Assembly (NCBI GenBank): GCA_963720545.1 | Contig: OY970399.1 | Location: forward strand, 2,560,001-2,624,000 | DNA length: 64,000 bases | From: an uncultured Acidobacteriota bacterium | GTDB lineage: Bacteria; Acidobacteriota; Vicinamibacteria; Fen-336 | Reading direction: 5' to 3' | Shown: piece by piece, positions 29,672 through 37,471 of the stretch | Layout: every line of letters starts with the position of its first letter | How positions within the stretch are numbered: position 1 is the stretch's first letter | Program-made: the position numbers and the translations under genes | Notes under the pieces: model-generated | Told to the model about the DNA's origin: nothing | Seen by the model: only the letters and a program-made list of their open reading frames with translations | The model's database searches: none

Positions 29672-30381
29672 CTTCGGCTCCCGGCGAGCGCTGCGTATGG
29701 CGCGAAGGCCGCGGCCGCCGCGATGCGGCGACGCGACTGGATTTCCTGCTGGCGCAGGCTCAGGAGCGCCAGTTCGCTGCTGAGAGTCTCGCTCTGCTCG
29801 ATCATCACCCGCCCGATGCCGGCCATGCCGATCGCCATGTGCCGTTCCGCGAGGCCGGCGCCCTGGTCGTCGCCGCCGCGCGCGGTCTCGTGGGCGAGGT
29901 CGTCCCAGAATTCCTTCTGCTGGTGCGACTCCCTGACACGTGCGGCGACCACGTTCATGCCGAGGACGGCGCTCACGTCGAGCAGCTCGGCAACGTCGTT
30001 ACGGAAGGTGGGCGGCGCGCCGAAGAGGTTTTGCCAGGTGCTGCGGCTGAGCGGCGTGCCGGCGCCGAAGACGTCCGCGACCAGCTGCCGCGCGTCGCCG
30101 TCCAACTCGAACTGGCTCGCCGCCGCGCCCGCCTGGCCGGCCAGGCTCTCGGCGCCGCTGAAGCGCAGCTTCATTGGCTTCTTGGTCGACTCCGGGTAAA
30201 CGGCCTCGAGCTTGCGCTGGGTCGCGACGACGCTGTCCTTGATGTCCTTGAGCACGCCGGCCAGCACCTCCTGCACGCCGTTCATCGCGTTCTCGAAGTC
30301 GTCGTCGGCCGCGTACGCCGAACCCATGGCAAACATCGCCGCGGCGGCTACGTAGGTGACCGCCAGCGCCGTGCGCTTCAT
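29668..30381 (-). CDS. Secreted helical protein (VirB5/TrbJ-like position)
   Basis: Signal peptide (AYA-ADD), coiled-coil C-terminus; ATGA overlap with the virB4-like gene. Confidence 0.5.
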   Translation of the reverse strand: MKRTALAVTYVAAAAMFAMGSAYAADDDFENAMNGVQEVLAGVLKDIKDSVVATQRKLEAVYPESTKKPMKLRFSGAESLAGQAGAAASQFELDGDARQLVADVFGAGTPLSRSTWQNLFGAPPTFRNDVAELLDVSAVLGMNVVAARVRESHQQKEFWDDLAHETARGGDDQGAGLAERHMAIGMAGIGRVMIEQSETLSSELALLSLRQQEIQSRRRIAAAAAFAPYAALAGSRR

Positions 30382-32894
30382 GCAAGCTCCCTGGTCTCTG
30401 CGGCGAGGACGCGCAGGGTGGCGAGGAGGTCGAGCTCGGGGCGGCTCGCCTGAAGCGCCGCGATGCGTTCGCGGTCCTGCGGCGAGGAGGTGAAGAGCCA
30501 GCGCGACAGCGGATCGAGCGTGATGCGAACGACGTTGGAGATGTCGGCCTGGGTGAGCAGGAACTCGTGGAAGCGGTCGTTGCACGCCAGCCGGCGCACC
30601 TGCTCGGCCTGGCGGGCGCTCAACCGCAGGTGCTTTTCGATTGCGGCGACCGCTTCCTTACCAGGGCGGCCGACGAGCTTGGTGGCACAGTTGCCGAGGA
30701 TCGCCGCGCCGTAGCCGGATCGGGCGAAGTCCTCGATCTGCTGGGACAGCGCGATGGTCGACAATCCTTCCTTGCGGCCCATGCGCACCGAAGCGGCGAT
30801 GAACGGCGCGGCCATGGTGGTAAGCGCGCCGCCGGTGCCGGCATCGAGCAGCGCCCACGACTCGTCGAGCACCAGGAAGCTGCGTCCCTGCCTGCCGGAG
30901 GCGCGATGGCGGCGCGCCGCCGCGCGCCGGATCTCATAGATGACGAGCCGCAGCGCGATGAGCGCGAGGTCAGGGTGCTCGGCGAGCCGTCCGAAGTCGT
31001 AGCACACCGCGTGTACGTCGTCGCCGACGGCCAGGCGGTCGTTCGCCGCGAACATGCGCGCGAACTTGCCGTCGACGAACGAGCGCAACCGGTCGCCGAT
31101 TGCGCGGCTCGCCGGCGAGTCGCCCAGGTGGTGGCTCAGTTCGGCGAAGGTGCGGGTGCCTCCGTCGCTGCCTTCGGCATAGAGATCGAGGAGCGCGCGT
31201 TCGATGACCGCGTTCTTCTCCTCGAAGTCGCCGTCCTTCGCGGGGTCGAGCCGCAGCAGGTCGACGAGCAGCCATTGCAGGCGGCTGACGTGCTCCTCGC
31301 GGTCGTCGACCGCAGGATCGAAAGCAAGAATGTCGCAGCCGGGCGGCTCGTTGAAGCTGAACGGGATGTAGCGGCCGTCGTGCGGCCGCGCATCCATGAA
31401 GCGCTTGTAGCTCGCGCCATTGTCGATGATGAAGACGCGCGGCGCCGGGTGGCCGTGGCAGGCGGCCATCAGCTCGTAACCGGAGACGATCATCTGCACG
31501 GCGACGCTTTTGCCAGCACCCGAGGTGCCGGTGACCAGGATGTTGGCGTTCATCTGGGCGCGTGGATCGAAGGGATCGAAGAAGATCGCCGCCCGGTCGC
31601 GCGTCAGGAACGGCACGCCGCGTGTCGAGTCGCCGCTGCGGAAGTCGAACACCGGTTGCAGGTCCACCATCACCGGCGTCAGCGCCTTGCGCCGCCGTTC
31701 GAGCACCGGCGGCGCGCCGGGAGCGTGCGAAAGGAACAGCCGCCGCAGCAGGAACGTTTCGCGGTAGCCGCGCATCCCTTGGGTCGCGGCCATGGCTGCG
31801 AGCGCCTCCTGCACCGCCTCCTCGAGCGTCTCGACGGAATCCTCCATCAGCACCAGCTGCAGCGAGGTGCCGAACAGGCGCTGGGTAGACGAGAACATCT
31901 TGCGCATCGCTTCGTTGCTTTGCGCCGACACGGCGTCGGCGTGCGGGTCGGTGCGCGCGGTCTCCACCATGGCGGTGTGGCGCAGGCCCTCGGCCAGAGC
32001 CGCCTTACGCCGCAGCAGCGACAGCTCTTCGGCGCGCTCGGGAATGTCGATGCTGTAGACCAGGCGATAGCGGCCGCGGTTGAGGCGCAGCAGCGGCACG
32101 AGCAGTCCGGGTTCGGTGCGGTCGGGTAGGTCTTTCATTGAGAGGATAGCGACGAAGCGGTCGCCGACGCGCAGTCGGGTGCGCTCCACGACGATGTCGT
32201 CTTCGAGAAGCGGCGTCGTGACGCTCAGCGCCGGGGAATGGCTGGCGGCGGTGGGACTCAGGAGTTCATGCGCGACCGCGGCCATCTCGATGCCGCGGCA
32301 GCGGTGCAGCTCGAGGCCCTCCTGCGTCGACAGCGAACGGAACACGCGCCGCTCGAAGTGCGCCGCTTCCTGCAGCACCTCGTGCTCGAGGGCCGCCTCG
32401 CTCGCCACTCGCGGCTGTCCAGCGAAACGCCCGGCCATGGTGCGCAGCGAGGCGACGAGCGGTACCAGGCGCCGCCGGCGCAGGCTGGTAGGCCGGAAGG
32501 TTGCCGCCAGGTAGTGGCGGCGATCCTGCGCCACCACCGACTCGTCGCACGCGAGCAGGCCTTCGAGCCGTGAGCGCCGCAGCTCCTCGAGAAACCCAGC
32601 CGCTCCGCCGTCGTCGACGATCGGCGGCAGCGCCTTCGTCAGCATGCGCCGCGCCTGGTGCTGGTCGAGCAGGACGAAGAACTGGTAGCGCGTGCCTTCG
32701 GGCAGGCCGGACCAGGCGTTTTCGGCAAGCAGCGCCGCGGCGTTCATGGCATCGTCGTCGAGCGACGGCTCGTGGAACGCGTGCAGGCGGTAGACGACGG
32801 TGACGTCGCCGTCGCGGTGCCAGATGAGGTCGTGGTCGACGCTCAGGATGCTCAGTTCCTCGGCCAACGACCGTTCCAGGACCGCGCTTGCCAC
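30378..32894 (-). CDS. virB4: VirB4/TraG-like ATPase
   Basis: 838 aa; FFDPFD...NANILVTGTSGAGKS Walker A, FIIDNGASY, LVLDESW Walker B, RMGRKEG, LSQQIEDF, AILGNC. Confidence 0.9.
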   Translation of the reverse strand: MASAVLERSLAEELSILSVDHDLIWHRDGDVTVVYRLHAFHEPSLDDDAMNAAALLAENAWSGLPEGTRYQFFVLLDQHQARRMLTKALPPIVDDGGAAGFLEELRRSRLEGLLACDESVVAQDRRHYLAATFRPTSLRRRRLVPLVASLRTMAGRFAGQPRVASEAALEHEVLQEAAHFERRVFRSLSTQEGLELHRCRGIEMAAVAHELLSPTAASHSPALSVTTPLLEDDIVVERTRLRVGDRFVAILSMKDLPDRTEPGLLVPLLRLNRGRYRLVYSIDIPERAEELSLLRRKAALAEGLRHTAMVETARTDPHADAVSAQSNEAMRKMFSSTQRLFGTSLQLVLMEDSVETLEEAVQEALAAMAATQGMRGYRETFLLRRLFLSHAPGAPPVLERRRKALTPVMVDLQPVFDFRSGDSTRGVPFLTRDRAAIFFDPFDPRAQMNANILVTGTSGAGKSVAVQMIVSGYELMAACHGHPAPRVFIIDNGASYKRFMDARPHDGRYIPFSFNEPPGCDILAFDPAVDDREEHVSRLQWLLVDLLRLDPAKDGDFEEKNAVIERALLDLYAEGSDGGTRTFAELSHHLGDSPASRAIGDRLRSFVDGKFARMFAANDRLAVGDDVHAVCYDFGRLAEHPDLALIALRLVIYEIRRAAARRHRASGRQGRSFLVLDESWALLDAGTGGALTTMAAPFIAASVRMGRKEGLSTIALSQQIEDFARSGYGAAILGNCATKLVGRPGKEAVAAIEKHLRLSARQAEQVRRLACNDRFHEFLLTQADISNVVRITLDPLSRWLFTSSPQDRERIAALQASRPELDLLATLRVLAAETRELA

Positions 32895-32897
32895 GGC

Positions 32898-33413
32898 TCA
32901 GACCTCCATCTCGGTGGTGGAAGCGGCCGCCGCGCTGAAGACGATGGGCGCCAAAGGCGGCCAATGCCGCGTGGCGAGCCATGCGGCGGCCGCGAGCCCC
33001 GCACTGGCAGGCGGCAGCGCCGCGAACGACTCGTCGATGGTCGATGCGATCGCGAGGACGGTGTCCGCGCCAATGTAGACGGCGATCGCCCCCGCCGACC
33101 ACCGCGCGACGAGCCTGGGAGCGACACGCTCGAAGACGGCGTTCGCGTAGAAGCGCACCGCCGAAGGCACGTAGTGTTCGTCGTCGTGCCGTTCGATCCA
33201 TGCGAGCAGCAGCGCGAAACCACCCGAGACCGCCAGCTCGAAGGCAAACGACAGCGAGCCGAACAGGACGCTCCAGGTCCGGAACTGCCACTCGACCCCA
33301 TGGCACAGGCTGAAGAACGCCATCACCAGACCGCAGCTGCGGAAGGTGAGGACGTGGAACACCCGCAGCGAATCGTCGAGGTTGCGCAGCGGCTGCGACA
33401 CTCGCCTGGCCAT
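32898..33413 (-). CDS. VirB3/PrgI-like membrane protein
   Basis: Hydrophobic, N-terminal LRNLDDSLRVFHVLT (PrgI-like), lies between the pilin and virB4. Confidence 0.55.
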   Translation of the reverse strand: MARRVSQPLRNLDDSLRVFHVLTFRSCGLVMAFFSLCHGVEWQFRTWSVLFGSLSFAFELAVSGGFALLLAWIERHDDEHYVPSAVRFYANAVFERVAPRLVARWSAGAIAVYIGADTVLAIASTIDESFAALPPASAGLAAAAWLATRHWPPLAPIVFSAAAASTTEMEV

Positions 33414-33420
33414 CGCGCGG

Positions 33421-33708
33421 CTACTTCGTGTACGTCCGGAAGAGGGTGAGAAGCGCCGTGCCGCCGCCCGCGGCGAGTGCCAGGAACAAGGCGCCGACCA
33501 CGAAGTTGCGGATCTTCTCGCCGGAGTTGTGGGAGCCGAGGGCGATCGTGCCGCCGGCGATCAACCCGCCAAGGACCATCAGCGACGGCCCCCATTTCCG
33601 GCCAGCCTTGTCGATGCCCTCGGCAAGGTTGTCGAACGGGGCCGCCATCACGGCTCCGGCGGTCAGCAACAGCGCCAACACGGTCAGGATCACAATCTCT
33701 CGTCGCAT
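33421..33708 (-). CDS. VirB2/TrbC-like pilin
   Basis: 95 aa; signal peptide (VMA-AP) plus two hydrophobic helices separated by a short basic loop; AGGAGG RBS; first gene of the operon. Confidence 0.7.
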   Translation of the reverse strand: MRREIVILTVLALLLTAGAVMAAPFDNLAEGIDKAGRKWGPSLMVLGGLIAGGTIALGSHNSGEKIRNFVVGALFLALAAGGGTALLTLFRTYTK

Positions 33709-33730
33709 GCCTGCCTCCTGCACTGAGGGG

Positions 33731-33746
33731 AGCAATACAAAGACCG
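33731..33746 (-). promoter_or_regulatory. Candidate sigma-54 (-24/-12) promoter of the T4SS-like operon
   Basis: Minus strand CGGTCTTTGTATTGCT = GG-N10-GC with TTGCT; predicted +1 at ~33720 leaves a 12-nt leader containing AGGAGG. Confidence 0.55.
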
Positions 33747-33786
33747 CTCTCGAAACTTGGGAAAACAGCGAATTTTCGAGCGGGGG

Positions 33787-33835
33787 CCCGCAGAAATGAC
33801 AGCCGCGCAACTGTCCTGCGGGTCAGAGTTGCGGG
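33787..33835. promoter_or_regulatory. Candidate enhancer (bEBP binding) sites
   Basis: Inverted repeat CCCGCAG..GACAG / CTGTC-CTGCGGG plus an extra TGCGGGT copy, ~70-115 bp upstream of the predicted +1. Confidence 0.4.
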
Positions 33836-33864
33836 TTTGACCAGAGGTGTAAAGTTCGCCGCCT

Positions 33865-35532
33865 ATGCCGAACACAAGTGCGGAATCAGCCGCAGACCGC
33901 GGGCCTGAGGATGGTGACCGGAACCTGCTCAACCTCGCGCTCAGCACCGCTCAGCGCGAACTCTCGAGGACCGGCGATCCCGTGGTCGCCTTGTCCGAGT
34001 CGTTCAGCTACGCCCGCCGCGGCCTGGCCGCGCAAATCGCCGTGCTGCTGTACGTCCGGCAAAACGATCCGCTCGAACTCGACATCCTTTATTCCAGCGG
34101 CCTGACCTGGGAGCAGCAGCAGGCGTGCCGGGAGCGCCGCTCGATCGAGGGCGTCAGCCCGACCGTGATCCAGGAGGCGATCGACCGGCGCGCCGCCCTC
34201 TTCATCGCCAACTCGCAGGCGGCGGCCTCGCCCTCGCTCACTGCCTCCCTGTCGGGCGACCCGCGCAGCGTGCTGTGCGCGCCGATCCTCGACCCCTACA
34301 CAGGCGCGGTGATCGCCGTCCTCTACCTGCAGAACAAGGGTCTCGCCCAGGCCTTCGCGGACGACGACCGGGCCTGGCTCGCGAGCTATTCGATCGCGCT
34401 CGGCTGGGGCTTCGGGCTGCACCTCGCCACGCGGCGCAGGATTTCCGAACTCGAGGAGGAGAAAGGCCGCCTGCAGCAAGACCGAAGCGGCGCCCCGGAC
34501 ATCATCGGCGAGAGTTCCTCGACCCGCGGCCTGCTGTCACTGCTCGACGAAACCTTCATTCCGGCGACCGGCCGCGCCAACCCGCGGCCGATCCTCATCC
34601 TCGGCGACTCGGGAACCGGCAAGGAGCTCGTTGCCCGCTATCTTCATTACTATTCGCCGACGCGCGGCAAGGGGCCGTTCGTCGCCTACAACTGCGCCGG
34701 GCTGCGCGGTGACATGATGATGGCCCAGTCGGTGCTGTTCGGCCACCTGCGCGGCTCGTTCACGAGCGCGGTGCGCGACTCGCCGGGGCTGTTTCGCGGC
34801 GCCCACAAGGGCATCCTGTTCCTCGACGAAGTGGGGGAGCTGTCGCTCGACGCGCAGGCATTGCTGCTGCGCGTGCTCGAGGCTCGCACCGTGCACCCGA
34901 TCGGGCAGATCCAGCCGGAGCCGGTGGACGTGCAGCTGGTGATGGCCACGCATCGCGACCTGCCGGCTGAGGTGGCCGCCGGCCGGTTCCGCAACGACCT
35001 GTGGAGCCGCATCAGCGGACTCAAGATCCGCCTCGCGCCGCTCGGCACCAGCGAGCGCCGTGCCGACATCAGGCCGCTGCTCGCGCACTTCATCTCGCGC
35101 CACGAGAAGGACCTGAAGAAGAAGACCGCCGGCCTCACCACGCAGGCGTTTCGCGCCCTGATGTCGTACTCGTGGCCGAACAACGCGCGCGAGGTGGACA
35201 ACGTTTGCATGGCGCTCATCACTTATGCCAAGGCTGGCGCGCGCATCGACGTCGTCGACATCGAACGCACCTGCCCCGAAGTGATCCATGGCCCGCGCCA
35301 TCCAGACGCCGCCGCGTTCGCTGCCGATGACGCAACCTATGACGAAGGCTTCCTCATGTGGGAGACCGAGTTCCTGCGGCGGCGCATCGAACACCACGGC
35401 GGCAACATGCGCGACGCCGCGCGGGCGCTGGCGGTCTCCGACATGACCTTCCTGCGCTACCGCCGGCGCTGCGGCCTGGTGCGCAAGGAAGACGAGAGCC
35501 TAGAGGCGCGCGGGACGGAACATGCCCCATGA
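33865..35532 (+). CDS. GAF-domain sigma-54-dependent transcriptional activator (bEBP, Fis-type HTH)
   Basis: SVLCAPI GAF, GDSGTGKE Walker A, PFVAYNCA, LFGHLRGSFTSA (GAFTGA variant), LFLDEVG, FRNDL, YSWPNNARE, GGNMRDAARALAV HTH. Confidence 0.9.
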   Translation: MPNTSAESAADRGPEDGDRNLLNLALSTAQRELSRTGDPVVALSESFSYARRGLAAQIAVLLYVRQNDPLELDILYSSGLTWEQQQACRERRSIEGVSPTVIQEAIDRRAALFIANSQAAASPSLTASLSGDPRSVLCAPILDPYTGAVIAVLYLQNKGLAQAFADDDRAWLASYSIALGWGFGLHLATRRRISELEEEKGRLQQDRSGAPDIIGESSSTRGLLSLLDETFIPATGRANPRPILILGDSGTGKELVARYLHYYSPTRGKGPFVAYNCAGLRGDMMMAQSVLFGHLRGSFTSAVRDSPGLFRGAHKGILFLDEVGELSLDAQALLLRVLEARTVHPIGQIQPEPVDVQLVMATHRDLPAEVAAGRFRNDLWSRISGLKIRLAPLGTSERRADIRPLLAHFISRHEKDLKKKTAGLTTQAFRALMSYSWPNNAREVDNVCMALITYAKAGARIDVVDIERTCPEVIHGPRHPDAAAFAADDATYDEGFLMWETEFLRRRIEHHGGNMRDAARALAVSDMTFLRYRRRCGLVRKEDESLEARGTEHAP

Positions 35533-36880
35533 CGCCGACCACACCGAGGCGTACCGCTCGCTCTGCTACGGCGACTCGGTCTTCAAGGAACGTTACGAAG
35601 GCTGGGAGGAGATCGGCCTCGGCGGCCATGCGGTCGTGGCGCGGGTGCGCAGCCGCGTCCTCGACAAGGAAATAGCGCTCAAGATCTTCACCCCGCTGGC
35701 CGCCGCCGACCGCCCGCGCTTCCAGCGCGAAGCCAACAACGCCGCGGAAGTGAGCTCGCCGTTTATCGTGCGGCCGATGGGCGTGTTCGTCCGCGGCAGC
35801 CTCGGCTGGATCGAGATGGAGCTCGTCGACGGCCCCGACCTCGGCCGCGAGCTGGAGCGACGCGCTGCCGCCGCCGACCCGTTTTCACTCCTCGAAGCGC
35901 TCGACATCGCGATCGACGTGACCGCCGGCCTGGTGCACGCGCACCAGGCATCCTTGATTCACCGCGACATCAAACCGGCGAACATCTACCTGCCCGGCAG
36001 CCGGCGGCCCGCGGCGAAGCTCGGCGACTTCGGCATCGCCCGCCTTGCCGAGTCGATGAAGCTCACCAAGACCGACGTGTTTCGCGGAACTCCCGAATGG
36101 ACCTCGCCCGAAGGCGCCGACGGCAAGGCGCTGGAGGCGCCGCACGACGTCTACTGCCTGGGCCTCACGCTCTTCTCGCTCTTCACCAACAACGAGAAAG
36201 CCATTCCTTTGCCGCCGAACCCGACGCCGCAGGCGGTACTGCGTGCCCACCTGAAGCAGCAGCCGCGCCCCTTGCGTGCCGTGAACCCGGCCTTGCCGCG
36301 GCCCCTCGAGGAGCTACTGTCGCGCTGCCTCTTGAAACGCCCAGCGGAATCGCGCCCGGCAGCGACGAAGCTGCTCCAGGATCTTCAGGCGATTCGCGAC
36401 GAGGTGCAGCACGCGCCGCCGCACGCAAGCATCGTTCTGCGCTCAAATTCACGACGGGCGGGCTTCGCCGTGCCCACCGCCGCGGTTCTGCTTCTCGCCG
36501 CCGCGGGATACGTCGGGCTGCGCCGCCAACCAGCTGCGCCGCACCGGCCGATGCCCTCGCTTGCCGCGAGCCTCGGCGCCGGCACAGAAACTCCCGCAAG
36601 CGCGCCGCCGGCCCAGCCGAGCGGCGGCCTCACGGCATCCCTTGAAGGTGGCATGCTGCGTCTCTCTACCGGCGCCGACGCGCTGGGCGGCGTCGACCTC
36701 ACGCTCGCAAGCGGTGGCCGGACCTATGTCCACCACCTCAGCGAGCCGATCGATGCCCATGCCACGGCGTTTGTTCCGCTCGACGAGTTCGTGCCGGTGC
36801 CACCCGAAGGCGCCGCGTTTCACGAGGTCCACGTGACTGGCTCGGCTGGATTCGCCCCCCTCGTCGTGCTGATCCGCTAG
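35522..36880 (+). CDS. Membrane-anchored Hanks-type Ser/Thr protein kinase
   Basis: IGLGGHAVV, IALK, HRDIKPAN, KLGDFG, GTPEWTSPE, DVYCLG; one TM and a C-terminal extracytoplasmic domain; overlaps the activator stop by 11 nt. Confidence 0.92.
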   Translation: MPHDADHTEAYRSLCYGDSVFKERYEGWEEIGLGGHAVVARVRSRVLDKEIALKIFTPLAAADRPRFQREANNAAEVSSPFIVRPMGVFVRGSLGWIEMELVDGPDLGRELERRAAAADPFSLLEALDIAIDVTAGLVHAHQASLIHRDIKPANIYLPGSRRPAAKLGDFGIARLAESMKLTKTDVFRGTPEWTSPEGADGKALEAPHDVYCLGLTLFSLFTNNEKAIPLPPNPTPQAVLRAHLKQQPRPLRAVNPALPRPLEELLSRCLLKRPAESRPAATKLLQDLQAIRDEVQHAPPHASIVLRSNSRRAGFAVPTAAVLLLAAAGYVGLRRQPAAPHRPMPSLAASLGAGTETPASAPPAQPSGGLTASLEGGMLRLSTGADALGGVDLTLASGGRTYVHHLSEPIDAHATAFVPLDEFVPVPPEGAAFHEVHVTGSAGFAPLVVLIR

Positions 36881-37269
36881 GGTTGGCGCCCTCTCCGCAA
36901 GACCCACGTCAGGAACGCAGCGGCTGTCACGTCGTATGCAAGGCAGAAGGCAGGCCACCACTTCGGGACGCCAGGATTGTGCACCACGCGCGCGTGAACC
37001 AGGTCGAAGACACCGTGACCGGCGAGGCCGGCGACGACGAGCCATGGGTTTCGCTTGAAGCCGGCGACGGCGAGCAAGACGAAGGCGATCAGGGCGACCG
37101 ATTCGATGAGAAGCGCGCGCGCCGAGCCGCCCATAACCGCAAACAGCAGGTAATACGATGCGACGACGATAAGCACCGTCGAGTAGAACGAGCGCTCACG
37201 ATCGAGTCCGACCGCCCGTGCAAATGCGCCAACCAACACGGCGAGCACGACGCCAACCGTGAGTCCCAT
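36877..37269 (-). CDS. Small polytopic membrane protein of unknown function
   Basis: About four TMs; GHGVFDLVH...NPGVPKWWPAFCLAYD. Confidence 0.7.
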   Translation of the reverse strand: MGLTVGVVLAVLVGAFARAVGLDRERSFYSTVLIVVASYYLLFAVMGGSARALLIESVALIAFVLLAVAGFKRNPWLVVAGLAGHGVFDLVHARVVHNPGVPKWWPAFCLAYDVTAAAFLTWVLRRGRQP

Positions 37270-37307
37270 CGTTTCCACGGAATGGAGTCTACGGCGCTCC
37301 CCGAGCC

Positions 37308-37372
37308 CCGTCTTCCCGAGGAGTTCATCGCTTGCGCTGAACCTGGGCGAGCCACTGTGTCCGGACACAGTG
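37308..37372 (+). repeat. REP-like repeat copy
   Basis: CCGTCTTCCCGAGGAGTTCATCGCTTGCGCTG...CACTGTGTCCGGACACAGTG. Confidence 0.85.
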
Positions 37373-37471
37373 AGCTGGCGGGTCCTTCGCGCCAGCGCAA
37401 GCGCAAGTAGCGCTCAGGACTGCGGGGGACAGGGTAATGTCCGGAGTCACGATGGCTGAAGAGCTGAGAGC

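Noticed and set aside
22902..37310. Complete ICE or prophage
   Set aside because: No integrase, relaxase, tRNA target, direct att repeats or phage genes were found by eye.
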